A program made the position numbers and the translations under genes. The notes beneath the pieces are model-generated. The model saw nothing but the letters and a program-made list of their open reading frames with translations. It was not told where the DNA came from and did not search any database. A DNA stretch of 64,000 nt from an uncultured Solirubrobacterales bacterium (lineage in GTDB: Bacteria; Actinomycetota; Thermoleophilia; Solirubrobacterales; JBBDJG01): assembly GCA_963816975.1 (NCBI GenBank), contig CAWFMD010000003.1, positions 265,445 to 329,444 of the forward strand, written 5' to 3'. Positions 19,658 to 30,105 of this stretch are shown here, in pieces (position 1 is the stretch's first letter; each line of letters begins with the position of its first letter).

Positions 19658-20017
19658 ATGATCAGCAAACTCGACTTCGTCGGCATCCCGTCGACGGACG
19701 CGCAGCGCTCACGCAGCTTCTACGTCGACACGCTCGGCCTGCGACCCGACGGCAAGTCCGAGTCCGAGGTCTGGGCGGGCGAGACGTGCTTCGGCATCTG
19801 GGAGCCGCAGCGGTTCGGCATGGAGTTCGCGCCCCAGAAGAACGCCCACCCCGCGCTGCACGTGGACGACGTGGCCGCAGCCCGGAAGGCGCTCGAGGGC
19901 AAGGGTGTGGAGTTCGCCGGCGACATCCTCGACACGGGCGTCTGTCACATGGCGTTTTTCACGGATCCGGACGGCAACGACCTGATGCTGCACCACCGTT
20001 ACGCGCCCTCCGATTGA
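19658..20017 (+). CDS. VOC (glyoxalase/bleomycin-resistance/dioxygenase) family protein
   Basis: ORF 19523.. trimmed to ATG 19658 behind SD AGGAGG. 119 aa with MISKLDFVGIPSTDAQRSRSFYVDTLGL.. and ..FFTDPDGNDLMLH. Confidence 0.8.
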   Translation: MISKLDFVGIPSTDAQRSRSFYVDTLGLRPDGKSESEVWAGETCFGIWEPQRFGMEFAPQKNAHPALHVDDVAAARKALEGKGVEFAGDILDTGVCHMAFFTDPDGNDLMLHHRYAPSD

Positions 20018-20044
20018 ACGCGCGGGGTTCCGGCGACATCGAGG

Positions 20045-20503
20045 TCAGGCGCGTTCGCTCTCCCGCTGTTCGATCGCTCGCACCTTGTCGAGGCGGCGGC
20101 GGTGGCGCTCCGCCCCGCTGAACGAGGCGGCGGCGTACGCGCGCAGGATGTCGGCGGCCAGCGCGGGGCCGATCACGCGGGCGCCGAGGCACAGCACGTT
20201 GACGTCGTCGTGCTCCACCGCCTGGTGGGCCGTGTACGTGTCCCCGACGCTGGCGGCGCGGATGCCGGCCATCTTCGTGGCCGCGACCGCGACGCCGGCG
20301 CCCGAGCCGCAGACCAACACGCCGCGCTCCGCGCGACCGTCGCGTACGGCCTCGCCGACGCTCACGGCGACATCCGGGTAGTCGACGCTCTCCGTCGAGT
20401 CGGTGCCCAGATCGAGCACCTCGTGACCGTCCGCGCGCAGCGCCTCCAGTACCGCCTCCTTCAGCGGGAACCCCGCGTGGTCGAAGCCGCACGCGATCCT
20501 CAT
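20045..20503 (-). CDS. rpiB: ribose-5-phosphate isomerase B
   Basis: ORF 20045..21028 trimmed to ATG 20503: MRIACGFDHAGFPLKEAV..VLVCGSGAGVAVAATK.. ATGA overlap with the pgl stop. Confidence 0.85.
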   Translation of the reverse strand: MRIACGFDHAGFPLKEAVLEALRADGHEVLDLGTDSTESVDYPDVAVSVGEAVRDGRAERGVLVCGSGAGVAVAATKMAGIRAASVGDTYTAHQAVEHDDVNVLCLGARVIGPALAADILRAYAAASFSGAERHRRRLDKVRAIEQRESERA

Positions 20504-21192
20504 CCGCGCGCCTCCGCCGGAAGCTGCGCGGCCGCCGCGGCGTCCAGCAGCACCGTCAGCGCCCCGGCAGCCGGCGCGATCAGGCTTGCGGGTGCCCCGC
20601 GGTCGGGCTCGCCTCCGAACGCCCGCGCGACCGCTGCGGCCTTGGCCGCACCGGACACGAGGAACACGACCTCCCGCGCCGCATTGATCGCCGGCAGCGT
20701 CAGCGTCACCCGCGGCACCAGCGGCTCCATGCCCGGATGCTCCACCCCGACCGCCAGCCGGCGCTGCTCGCCGAGCGCCGCGTCGCGCGGGAACAGCGAC
20801 GCGCAGTGTGCATCGGGCCCGAGGCCGAGCAGCACCAGGTCGAACCGCTCCACCCCGTCGCGCAGCAACTCGTCGTATGCCGCGGCGGCCGCCTGCGGAC
20901 CCAGCTCCCCCGGGATGCGGTGCACCTCGGGGGCCGGTCCCGGCAGCTGGTCCAGCAGCGCCGATCGAACCATCCCGTAGTTCGAGCGCGCGTCGTGCGC
21001 GGGCACGCACCGCTCGTCGCCGAACCACACCGCGCAGCCCGCCCAGGCGACGTCCATCGACGCGAGCAGTCCGTACGCCGCGCGCGGGGTCGAGCCGCCC
21101 GCCAGCGCAATGTGCGCGCCCGCGCCCGCCACGGTGGCGATGCGCTGTGCGGCGGCAGCCGCGGGGTCGTCCAGGACCAGCCGCTGCATCAC
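20500..21192 (-). CDS. pgl: 6-phosphogluconolactonase
   Basis: 230 aa with ..IALAGGSTPRAAY..WFGDERCVP..DLVLLGLGPDAHCASLFP.. Start is GTG 21192 or ATG 21189 (TGATG with the opcA stop). Confidence 0.85.
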   Translation of the reverse strand: MMQRLVLDDPAAAAAQRIATVAGAGAHIALAGGSTPRAAYGLLASMDVAWAGCAVWFGDERCVPAHDARSNYGMVRSALLDQLPGPAPEVHRIPGELGPQAAAAAYDELLRDGVERFDLVLLGLGPDAHCASLFPRDAALGEQRRLAVGVEHPGMEPLVPRVTLTLPAINAAREVVFLVSGAAKAAAVARAFGGEPDRGAPASLIAPAAGALTVLLDAAAAAQLPAEARG

Positions 21193-22235
21193 GGGAGCAT
21201 CGAGCAGGCCGCCGTCACCGCGGGGCGATACGTCGGGTCACGCAGCAGGGCCTGGCGCACGCCCTCGCCCAGGATGCCGCTCTCGCCCCGCGACGCGCCG
21301 AGCACCGTCCACGCCGAGGCGCGCCCGCCGAGCGTCGTGCGGGTCGCCGCGAGCCCGCCCGGCGCACGGTCGAGCGACAGCTCGAGTCCCGACCTCGTCT
21401 CCAGCGTGAGCCCCGCCAGTCCCGGCACGTCGAGGCCGTCGACGGCCTCGAGCGCGAGCTGCACGTCGCGCCGCCCGCTGCGCGCCCGTCCTCGCAGACC
21501 GCCGTTGCCGTCGGGTGCGAGCGCGGCCGGCTCCCACCCCAGGCGCGAGCAGAGCCAGCCGACGAGCAGCAGCGCCGCAACGGCCGAGTCGGCCCGGTGG
21601 CGGACCGTCACCGCACTGATCTGCTCGAGGTCGGCGCGCCACTCCACCGGGTCGAACGTGAAGGCAACCCGCTCGCGCCATGGAGTGCTGCGCAGCCACG
21701 CCAGGTCGACGACGTAGGCGCGGTCCGCCAGCTCACCGACGCGCGCGAGCGAAGCCGCGATCTCGGGCTCGACGGCCGAATCCAGGAGCACGACGTGCGC
21801 GAGCCTCAGGAGGGAGTCCACCGCCTCGGCATGGCCGTGCGGAGCCCACACCACGGTCGTCAGCCCGCTGATCAGGATGGGATCCACGATCGTGTCGAGA
21901 TGAGCGAGGTGCTTCGCGCCCATGTCGATCGTGATGTGCTCGTGGCTCAGCGCGAGCGCGCCGTCGGCCGGGCTCACGATGGCGGCCCAGGCGTCGAGCG
22001 CCTGGCGCCCGGGCTCCACCGTGCAGATGATGGTGCGCGACGGGTGATACCGGCCGACGCGGGCAAGGCGGTTCTCGATCTCCCCGCGCCACTCGCGATC
22101 GACGATCGCAACGAGGTTCAGGACCCGCGCGGATGCGTGCGCGCGCTTGCCGTTCTGGCCTTCCAGGAGCAGTTCGCGCAGTCCGGCCTCGATCTCGGCG
22201 GGCGACGTCCCCTCCGCACTCCACACCCCTTCCAT
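21189..22235 (-). CDS. opcA: glucose-6-phosphate dehydrogenase assembly protein OpcA
   Basis: ORF 21189..22370 trimmed to ATG 22235 (MEGVWSAEGTSPAEIEAGLRELL..). Sits between zwf and pgl as in actinobacterial PPP operons. TGATG junction with the zwf stop. Confidence 0.8.
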   Translation of the reverse strand: MEGVWSAEGTSPAEIEAGLRELLLEGQNGKRAHASARVLNLVAIVDREWRGEIENRLARVGRYHPSRTIICTVEPGRQALDAWAAIVSPADGALALSHEHITIDMGAKHLAHLDTIVDPILISGLTTVVWAPHGHAEAVDSLLRLAHVVLLDSAVEPEIAASLARVGELADRAYVVDLAWLRSTPWRERVAFTFDPVEWRADLEQISAVTVRHRADSAVAALLLVGWLCSRLGWEPAALAPDGNGGLRGRARSGRRDVQLALEAVDGLDVPGLAGLTLETRSGLELSLDRAPGGLAATRTTLGGRASAWTVLGASRGESGILGEGVRQALLRDPTYRPAVTAACSMLP

Positions 22236-23783
22236 CAGATCGGGCGCCAGGTCCGGGCGCCGTCGAGCAGCGCATCCGCTTCGGCGGGACCGGCGGACCC
22301 GGCCGCGTAGGTGGGCAGCGGCCCCGGCGCTGCCGACCACACCCGCAGGATCGGGTCGCAGATCGCCCACGACGCCTGCACCTCGTCCTCACGCGTGAAC
22401 AGGCTCGCATCGCCGCGCATCGCATCGAGGATCAGGCGCTCGTAGGCCTCGGGCGACTCGGACAGGAAGCTGGTGCCGTAGCGGAACTCCATGTTCACGG
22501 GCCGGATGCGCATCCGGGGGCCGGGGATCTTCGCGCCCAGCGACAGCGAGACACCTTCGTCGGGCTGCACGGTCAGCACGAGCTGATTGGGCTGGACCCC
22601 GATCGAGCCGGACTGCCGGAAGGCCAGGTGCGGGATCGGCTTCAGCGTCACCGCGATCTCCGTGACCCTGCGCGCCAGCCGCTTTCCGGTGCGCAGATAG
22701 AACGGCACGCCGGCCCAGCGCCAGTTCGATACCTCCAGCCGCAGGGCCGCGTACGTCTCTGTCGTCGATCCTTCCCCGACGCCGTCCTCGCCCAGGTAGC
22801 CCGGAACCGAGTCGCCGCCCGACACGCCCGGCCCGTACTGCGCGCGCACCGCCATGTGCGGCACGTCATCCGCGGTCGGCGCCCGGATCGCCTGCGTGAC
22901 CTTCACCTTCTCGTCGCGCAGCATGTCCGCGGAGAACGACGACGGCGGCTCCATGCAGAGCAGGGTCAGCAGCTGCAGCATGTGATTCTGCACGAGGTCG
23001 CGCAGCGCGCCCGAGGTGTCGTAGTAACCGGCCCGCGTGCCGATCCCGATGTCCTCAGCGGCGGTGATCTGCACGCAGTCGATGTAGTTGCGGTTCCAGA
23101 CGGGCTCGAACATCGCGTTCGCGAACCTGAACGCGAGCAGGTTCTGCACGGTCTCCTTGCCGAGGTAGTGGTCGATGCGGTACACCTGCCGCTCGTCGAA
23201 CACGCCGAGCACCACCTCGTTCAGCGCACGCGCCGACTCGAGGTCGTATCCGAAGGGCTTCTCGATCACGACGCGCACCTCGCCGTCTGCCGCGCGCTGC
23301 AGGCCGGCGGTCCCCAGCGCGCCGACGATCACCGGGAAGAACTCGGGCGCCGTGGAGAGGTAGTAGACGCGATTGAACGCCACGCCGGCCTCGTCGTCGA
23401 ACGCCGTCGCCGCCTGCCCCAGCCGCTCGTAGGCGCCGGGGTCGTCGAACGTGCCGGCCACATAGCGCACCTGCTTCAGCAGCGCGTCGAGGACCTGCGG
23501 GTCGGGGCGGCGGCGCGAGTGCCGCTCGATCGCGCTCGCGCATCGCATCGCGCAGGTCGTCGTCGCTCTGGTCGCGGCGCGAGACGCCGATCAGGTTGAA
23601 ACGCTCGGGAAGCGAGCCCTCGTGGGCGAGGTTGTAGAGCGCCGGCAGCAGCTTGCGCTGCGCGAGATCGCCGCTCACGCCGAAGATCACGAGCGTCGTC
23701 GGGTGCACCGGGACCCGCTCGAGCCCCTCCACCAGCGGGTTGTCCTGCGGACCGGCGAGCTGCCTGTCCTCGACGGTGGCCAT
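22235..23783 (-). pseudogene. zwf: glucose-6-phosphate dehydrogenase, one frameshift near 23530
   Basis: [30 protein letters not shown].. (ORF 23055..23783) joins ..[35 protein letters not shown].. (ORF 22235..23548) only across one frame change. Confidence 0.85.
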
Positions 23784-23786
23784 CCG

Positions 23787-24692
23787 TCAATCTGCCTTCT
23801 TGACGGCGTGGCCCCCGAACTGGTTGCGCAGCGCGGCCAGCACCCGCGCCGCGTAGGACTCGTCCTGGCGCGACGCGAAGCGGGCCATCAGCGACAGGGT
23901 GATGACTGGCGTCGGCACGTCCTTGTCGAGCGAGTCGAGCACCGTCCAGCGGCCCTCGCCGGAGTCCTCCACATAGCCCCGCAGCCCCGCCAGGTCGTTG
24001 CCCTCGGCCGCAAATGCCAGCTCGGCCAGCTCGCACAGCCACGACCGCACCACCGAGCCCTGGTTCCACAGGTGCGCGACCGCCTCGAGGTCGAGGCCGA
24101 AGTCGGAGCGGTGCATCAACTCGAAACCTTCGGCATAGGCCTGCATCAGGCCGTACTCGACGCCGTTGTGCACCATTTTCACGTAGTGGCCCGCGCCGCT
24201 CGGCCCCATGTGCCCCCAGCCCTCGGGGGGCGCCAGCACGTCGAGCAGCGGCGCCAGGCGGGCGACGGCCTGATCGTCGCCGCCGACCATCATGCAGTAG
24301 CCGACCTCGAGGCCCCAGACGCCACCGCTGGTGCCCACGTCGACGAACTCGATGCCCTGTTCGCGGGCCTGGACGCCGCGTTGCCGCGAGTCGGTCCACT
24401 TCGAGTTGCCGCCGTCGACGATCAGGTCGCCTGCGTCGAGCAGCTCCAGCAGCGTCTCGAACGTCTGCTGCGTGGGGTCGCCCGCCGGGATCATCATCCA
24501 GACGTGACGCGGGGACCCGAGCCTGGCCACCACGTCGGCGAGCGATTCCGCTGCGACGCCGCCGTGACCGACCGCCTCCCCGACCGCCGCAGCAGCAGGG
24601 TCCCATGCGACGACCTCGTGCTCGGAGTCGCGCAGGATCCGGTGGACCATGTTGCCGCCCATCCGGCCCAGGCCGATGAAGCCCAGCTGCAT
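23787..24692 (-). CDS. gnd: 6-phosphogluconate dehydrogenase (decarboxylating), short type
   Basis: ORF 23787..24950 trimmed to ATG 24692: [32 protein letters not shown].. 301 aa. TGATG with the tkt stop. Confidence 0.85.
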   Translation of the reverse strand: MQLGFIGLGRMGGNMVHRILRDSEHEVVAWDPAAAAVGEAVGHGGVAAESLADVVARLGSPRHVWMMIPAGDPTQQTFETLLELLDAGDLIVDGGNSKWTDSRQRGVQAREQGIEFVDVGTSGGVWGLEVGYCMMVGGDDQAVARLAPLLDVLAPPEGWGHMGPSGAGHYVKMVHNGVEYGLMQAYAEGFELMHRSDFGLDLEAVAHLWNQGSVVRSWLCELAELAFAAEGNDLAGLRGYVEDSGEGRWTVLDSLDKDVPTPVITLSLMARFASRQDESYAARVLAALRNQFGGHAVKKAD

Positions 24693-26719
24693 CAGCCGCC
24701 CCTCCCCTGCCCGATCAGGGATCGGGCGCGCGCGGCGACGTGCTCGGGGGTGAACCCGAAGTGCTCGTACAGCTGCGGCTGCGGGGCCGACGCGCCGAAG
24801 CCCTCCATCCCGATGATGTCCCCTTCCTCGCCGACCCAGCGGTCCCAGCCGAGCGTGGCGGCCGCCTCCACCGCGATGCGCGCGCGCACCCCCGGCGGCA
24901 GCACCGAGTCGCGATAGGCAGCGTCCTGGAGCGCGAACCGATCGAGGCACGGCGCGCTCACGAGGCGCACCCGGACACCCTCGGCCTCCAGCAGGTCCAC
25001 CGCCCCGTTGCAGACATGCACCTCGGAGCCCGTGGCGATCAGGATCACGTCAGGCGGCGCGCTGCCGGGTGACTCGCGCAGCACGTACGCCCCGCGGTGG
25101 ATCGCCTCGTCCGGTATGCGGGCGGGATCGCAGGTCGGCAGTCCCTGGCGGCTGAGCGCCATGGCGGTCGGCGTCTGGGACTGCTCGATCGCGAACCGCC
25201 AGGCCAGCGCCGTCTCGTTGGCATCGGCCGGCCGCACCACGTTCAGGTTGGGCATCGCGCGCAGCATCGCGAGGTGCTCGATCGGCTGGTGCGTGGGGCC
25301 GTCCTCGCCGAGACCGATGGAGTCGTGCGTGAACACGAAGATCGACGGGATGCGCATCACCGCCGCGAGCCGGATTGCCGCCTTCATGTAGTCGGAGAAG
25401 ACGAGGAAAGTGGCGCCGTAGGCGCGCAGGTCGTGCAGCACGAGCCCGTTCACGATCGCACCCATGCCATGCTCGCGGATCCCGAAATGCAGGTTGCGGC
25501 CGGAGTAGGCATCCCGCTCCACGTCGTCGCCGCCGTCGATCAGGGTGAGAGTCGAGGGCGCGAGGTCGGCGGAGCCGCCGGCCAGCTCGGGCACCCGCGC
25601 CGCAGCCCACTGGACCACCTGCTGCGAGGCCTTGCGGGTCGCGATCTTCTCCCCCGCCTCGAAGCGCGGCACCTGCGCGTCCCATCCCTCCGGCAACCGC
25701 CGCTGCGTGATCCGCTCGAACTCGGCCAGCCGCTCGGGATAGGCCCTGCCGTACGCGGCGGCGCGCGCGGACCACTCGGCCTCGAGCTCGCGCCCCCGCT
25801 CGATGCAGGCGCGGAAGTGCTCGAGCGCGGCGTCGGGCACGTAGAAGTCCCGGTCCTCGGGCCAGCCGTAGGCGCGCTTGGTGAGGCGCACCTCCTCCTC
25901 CCCGAGCGGCGATCCATGTGCCTCCCCCGTGTCCTGCTTGTTGGGGCTGCCGGGAGCGATGTGGGTCCGCACGATGATCAGCGACGGGCGGTCCTCGACC
26001 TCGATCGCGCGCCGTGCGGCCCCCTCGATCGCGTCCAGCTCGAGGTTCTCACCGAGATTCTGCACGTGCCAGCCGTACGCCTCGAAGCGCGCGCCGACGT
26101 CCTCCGAGAACGCGGCGTCGGTGTCGCCTTCGATCGAGATGTGGTTGTCGTCGTAGAAGGCGATCAGGCGCCCGAGCCCGAGATGGCCGGCCAAAGAGCA
26201 GGCCTCCGAGGCGACGCCCTCCTGCATGTCCCCGTCGCTCGCGATCGTGAACGTGTGATGGTCGACGAGCGCGTGACCATCCGCGTTGAAGCGGGCGGCC
26301 AGCATGCGCTCCGCAAGTGCCAGGCCGACGCAGTTGGAAATCCCCTGCCCGAGCGGCCCGGTGGTCGCCTCGATACCGGCGGCATGCCCATACTCGGGGT
26401 GTCCGGCAGTCGGGCTGCCGAGCTGGCGGAAGTTCTTGATGTCGTCGAGGGTGAGCCCGTAGCCGGTCAGGTAAAGCATGGAGTAGAGCAACATCGACGC
26501 GTGTCCCGCGGACAGCACGAAGCGATCGCGATCGGGCCACGCCGGATTGCTCGGGCTGTGGCGCATGACGCGGGTGTAGAGCGTGTATGCCACGGGCGCG
26601 AGCGCCATCGGCGTTCCCGGATGGCCCGAGTTCGCGCGCTGCACCGCGTCCATGGCGAGTGTCCTGATGGTGTTCACGCCGAGCATGTCGAGGGCGCGCG
26701 CGTCGGTGACCGTGCTCAC
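24692..26719 (-). CDS. tkt: transketolase
   Basis: 675 aa, full length, with ..[13 protein letters not shown].., ..GHASMLLYS.., ..[14 protein letters not shown].. Confidence 0.95.
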   Translation of the reverse strand: MSTVTDARALDMLGVNTIRTLAMDAVQRANSGHPGTPMALAPVAYTLYTRVMRHSPSNPAWPDRDRFVLSAGHASMLLYSMLYLTGYGLTLDDIKNFRQLGSPTAGHPEYGHAAGIEATTGPLGQGISNCVGLALAERMLAARFNADGHALVDHHTFTIASDGDMQEGVASEACSLAGHLGLGRLIAFYDDNHISIEGDTDAAFSEDVGARFEAYGWHVQNLGENLELDAIEGAARRAIEVEDRPSLIIVRTHIAPGSPNKQDTGEAHGSPLGEEEVRLTKRAYGWPEDRDFYVPDAALEHFRACIERGRELEAEWSARAAAYGRAYPERLAEFERITQRRLPEGWDAQVPRFEAGEKIATRKASQQVVQWAAARVPELAGGSADLAPSTLTLIDGGDDVERDAYSGRNLHFGIREHGMGAIVNGLVLHDLRAYGATFLVFSDYMKAAIRLAAVMRIPSIFVFTHDSIGLGEDGPTHQPIEHLAMLRAMPNLNVVRPADANETALAWRFAIEQSQTPTAMALSRQGLPTCDPARIPDEAIHRGAYVLRESPGSAPPDVILIATGSEVHVCNGAVDLLEAEGVRVRLVSAPCLDRFALQDAAYRDSVLPPGVRARIAVEAAATLGWDRWVGEEGDIIGMEGFGASAPQPQLYEHFGFTPEHVAARARSLIGQGRGG

Positions 26720-26824
26720 GCGCGTGATCCTACGGCCTTCGCGGTCAGGGCATCGAGGGACCCCACGACCCGAATGAATGCGTCGGTCCGAAACCTGCTG
26801 TCAGCACGCCCTATCCTCACCGGG

Positions 26825-27715
26825 ATGGCTGCGATCGAGTTGCAGGGTGTCGTCAAGCGGTTCGGCGACATCACCGCCGTGGACGGATTGGACCTCGAGG
26901 TGCCGGGTGGCATCTGCCTGGGCCTGCTCGGCCCGAACGGGGCCGGCAAGTCGACCACGATGCGCCTGCTCACGGGCCAGGCGATCGCCGACGCCGGGCA
27001 GCTCCGCGTGCTCGGTCACGAGCTGCCGCGCGAATCCAAGGCCGCCCGCGCCGAGATGGGCGTCGTGCCCCAGCTCGACAACCTCGACATCGATGTCACC
27101 GTGGAGGACAACCTGGCGGTGTTCGCCCGCCTCTACCGCGTGCGTGACGTGCACGCCGCGGTCGACCGCGGGCTCGACCTGGCGCGCCTGCGTGCGCGCC
27201 GCAAGGATGCCGTGGACAAGCTCTCGGGCGGAATGCGTCGCCGGCTGCTGCTGGCGCGCGGACTGGTGCACGAGCCGCCCCTGATGCTGCTCGACGAGCC
27301 GACGGTCGGGCTCGATCCGCAGATCCGCACGGAGCTGTGGTCCCTGATCGACAACCTGCGCTCGCAGGGCAAGACGATCCTGATGTCCACGCACTACATA
27401 GAGGAGGCGGAGCGCCTGGCGGACGAGGTCGCGGTCATGGCACACGGCAAGATCGTCGCCCGCGGGCGACCCGCCGAGCTGATCGCGAAGCACGCGGGCC
27501 GCGAGACCGCCGAGGTCTACGCGCCGCCGTCCCGGCTGGCCGAGGTCCGGGCGAAGGCCGAAGCCCAGGGTCTGCGCGTGCGGCCCGCCGGTCCCGCGGT
27601 TGCGATCGTGGGCGCCGAGCGCGCGCAGGACGGAGCGGTGCCCGAGGACGCGGTGCGGCGGGCCGCCTCGCTGGAGGACGTGTTCGTGCTGCTCACCGGG
27701 GAGGAGGCCGAATGA
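26825..27715 (+). CDS. ABC transporter ATP-binding protein (ABC-2 exporter type)
   Basis: ORF 25097..27715 trimmed to ATG 26825. Walker A GPNGAGKST, signature LSGGMRRRL, Walker B LMLLDEPTVGLD. Confidence 0.85.
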   Translation: MAAIELQGVVKRFGDITAVDGLDLEVPGGICLGLLGPNGAGKSTTMRLLTGQAIADAGQLRVLGHELPRESKAARAEMGVVPQLDNLDIDVTVEDNLAVFARLYRVRDVHAAVDRGLDLARLRARRKDAVDKLSGGMRRRLLLARGLVHEPPLMLLDEPTVGLDPQIRTELWSLIDNLRSQGKTILMSTHYIEEAERLADEVAVMAHGKIVARGRPAELIAKHAGRETAEVYAPPSRLAEVRAKAEAQGLRVRPAGPAVAIVGAERAQDGAVPEDAVRRAASLEDVFVLLTGEEAE

Positions 27716-28479
27716 GGCGGCTCGAGCCGGCCGCGATCGCGGGCGTGATGAGCCGCGAGGTTGCGAACTTCCGCACCTTCTGGAAGGCCACCACCTTTTC
27801 CAGCGTGCTCGAGCCGATCATCTACCTGCTCGCCTTCGGCGTCGGGCTCGGGTCCACGATCGTCAGGAAAGTGGACGGACTGGACTACGTCGAGTTCGTC
27901 GGCACGGGGATGGTGGCCACCGCCGTGATCTTCTCGAGCGCGCTCCCCGCCATGTTCGGCACGTTCGTCAAGCACCGGTTCCAGAACACCTACGACGCGA
28001 TCCTGGCCGCGCCGGTCGACGTCGAGGAGCTGGTCACGGCGGAGGCGCTGTGGATCGGGATCCGCTCCGGCTTCTACGGCTGCTTCCCGCTGCTCGTCGC
28101 GATCGCGTTCGGGCTCGACCCGGCCCCTGGCATGCTGCTCGTACCCCTGTTCGCGTTCGTCACCGCGCTCGGGTTTGCGTCCTTCGGAATCGCGGTCGCG
28201 GGAACGGTCAACAAGATCGACCAGTTCAGCTACGTCACGACCCTGTGCGTGACGCCGCTGTTCCTGGTGGCCGGCACGTTCTTTCCCATCGACCAGCTCC
28301 CGCAGGGCCTCCAGGTCGCAGCGCAGTTCAACCCGCTCCACCAGCTCGTGGAGCTGGTGCGCCACGCGAGCTTCGGCTTCCAGGCCACCGACCCGCTGCG
28401 GCTGGCCAGCCTGATCGTGTTCGCGATCGTGCTGTGGCGGGTGGCCGTGAGGCAGATGACGCAGCGCCTGATCGACTGA
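27712..28479 (+). CDS. ABC-2 type transporter permease
   Basis: ATG 27712 (ATGA overlap with the ATPase stop). 255 aa with multiple TM segments, NodJ/DrrB-like. Confidence 0.8.
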   Translation: MRRLEPAAIAGVMSREVANFRTFWKATTFSSVLEPIIYLLAFGVGLGSTIVRKVDGLDYVEFVGTGMVATAVIFSSALPAMFGTFVKHRFQNTYDAILAAPVDVEELVTAEALWIGIRSGFYGCFPLLVAIAFGLDPAPGMLLVPLFAFVTALGFASFGIAVAGTVNKIDQFSYVTTLCVTPLFLVAGTFFPIDQLPQGLQVAAQFNPLHQLVELVRHASFGFQATDPLRLASLIVFAIVLWRVAVRQMTQRLID

Positions 28480-28488
28480 GGCCGGGTC

Positions 28489-28830
28489 GTGCCTACCTGG
28501 GATGACGTAGTCGCGATCGGGACGAGGTTTCCGGGAGTCGAGGTCGGGACCTCGTATGGCACGCCCGCGCTGCGGACCAACGGGAAGGGGATGTGCCGCC
28601 TGCGCACCGAGCCGGACGCGCTGGTGGTGCGGGTGCTCGACCTCGGGGATCGCCAGGCGCTGTTGCGGGGCAACCCCCAGACCTTCTTCACCACGCCGCA
28701 CTACGACGGCTACCCGTACGTGCTCGTGCGTCTCGAAACGGTCACGCAGCAGGAGTTGGCCGAGCTGATCGAGGACGCATGGCGGATCCGCGCCCCAAAG
28801 CGCCTCGTGGCCGAGTACGACGCAGGTTGA
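28489..28830 (+). CDS. MmcQ/YjbR family protein
   Basis: 113 aa. The pattern FPGVEVGTSYGTPALRTNGKGMCRL..FFTTPHYDGYPYVLVRLETVTQQELAELIEDAW matches the YjbR-like fold. Confidence 0.6.
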   Translation: MPTWDDVVAIGTRFPGVEVGTSYGTPALRTNGKGMCRLRTEPDALVVRVLDLGDRQALLRGNPQTFFTTPHYDGYPYVLVRLETVTQQELAELIEDAWRIRAPKRLVAEYDAG

Positions 28831-28899
28831 CCTGTGACCCCGGCGTCGACCAGACCGCTGGCCGGCGGTCGAGCGAGATCAATTCACGGCCCGACTCGT

Positions 28900-30105
28900 C
28901 TAGCAGGAAAAGCCTGGCGCGCAGACGCTGATCCGCCCCAGCTCCGTTGGCCGCTGGATACTGGTGATCGGCGAGAAGAAGCTGGAGCCGCTGCTCACGT
29001 TGCCACCCCACAACTCGCCTCGCAACGTGACGTCCGAGCCGTTGGGCGTGTACACGGGCGAGCCGCTGTCGCCGGGCTGCGAAAAGAGCTGCGCACCGGT
29101 CTGGCACAGCATGACGAGCTTGCCCAGCGCGTTGTTCACGAGGTAGCCTCCGCAGACGCTCGTGACCGGAGCGGCGACGCTCCTGCCGGTCGTGCGGCCG
29201 ACCTTCTCGACGACTTGCCCGACGATCGCGTCGCCCTTCGCCGTGATCCGGTAGAGGTCCCCGTTCCATCCCGTCGAGGGGGTGAGGTCGGCCTTAGCGA
29301 TGTAGCCGAGGCTGGCCGTCACGCCGCTGTCGCGCTTCACGAAGGCGGTATCGCTGTAGCGGCAGCGGAAGCTCGGGGGGCAGATCCCGCCCCTGAAGTA
29401 CACGGGGTCAACGGCCTCGATCCCGACCCGGTTGCCGGGCGAAGATGGGTCGGGCTGGTAGAAGACGGACCCCTCGACGCCTCCCTGGACGTTGGTGCAA
29501 TGGGAATTGACGAGGAAACCGGGAACTCCGGCGCGGATCGCGACGAAGCCGAGCGTGCAAGGCGCGAAGCTGCCGGCCTGCAGCCCCCCGACCAGCGGAC
29601 GGTGGAAGTCGTTGAGGCTCGAGAACGTCTGGACCGGCTCCGCGGGCCTCACGCGCACGGCCGCCGCCGGAATGCCGAGATGTGCCAGCCGCCGCTTCAC
29701 CGTGGCGCGGCCGCGGTCACCCGTGACACCAACCGCGACGTGGTTCGTGCGGTCGTCGACGTCGGTCGACACCACGCCCGGCAGGCCTAGCACGTTGGCG
29801 GTCAGCCGATCCGACCACTTCTTGAGCTGCGTGAATCGGTACCGCGCCTTCAGCACCCGCACCTTGCGCGGCAGCTCGAAGTTGCGCCGGATCACCCCGC
29901 TCGCCGCGGCGCGCGCGGGCGCGCCACGGTCCGTCATGTAGACGTTGAGGACGCCGTCGTCGATAAACATGCCGCCGAACGCAGGAGCTGCTCTGGACAT
30001 CTCGACCAAACGGTCATCGAGCGGCTTGGCCGCCGCACCGGCGCTGCCGGCAAGCGCGAATACCAGCGTGAGGACGAAGGCAAACGTGATGTTGCGCCGA
30101 GTCAT
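28900..30105 (-). CDS. secreted S1 (chymotrypsin-fold, alpha-lytic/streptogrisin-like) serine protease with pro-region
   Basis: ORF 28900..31209 trimmed to ATG 30105. Signal peptide MTRRNITFAFVLTLVFALAGSAGA, then a pro-region, then the catalytic domain with NSHCT (His) and GDSGSP (Ser). TGATG with the upstream stop. Confidence 0.8.
   Translation of the reverse strand: MTRRNITFAFVLTLVFALAGSAGAAAKPLDDRLVEMSRAAPAFGGMFIDDGVLNVYMTDRGAPARAAASGVIRRNFELPRKVRVLKARYRFTQLKKWSDRLTANVLGLPGVVSTDVDDRTNHVAVGVTGDRGRATVKRRLAHLGIPAAAVRVRPAEPVQTFSSLNDFHRPLVGGLQAGSFAPCTLGFVAIRAGVPGFLVNSHCTNVQGGVEGSVFYQPDPSSPGNRVGIEAVDPVYFRGGICPPSFRCRYSDTAFVKRDSGVTASLGYIAKADLTPSTGWNGDLYRITAKGDAIVGQVVEKVGRTTGRSVAAPVTSVCGGYLVNNALGKLVMLCQTGAQLFSQPGDSGSPVYTPNGSDVTLRGELWGGNVSSGSSFFSPITSIQRPTELGRISVCAPGFSC

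Noticed and set aside
25097-26824. Upstream 576 codons of ORF 25097..27715 (and similar long ORFs 36919..39063, 33649..35160, 17627..18811, 48813..50582)
   Set aside because: They lie antisense to clearly recognisable genes (tkt, GH18, Vgb-like, tag/Moco, pgi) and have biased, motif-free composition. They are shadow ORFs of high-GC coding DNA.
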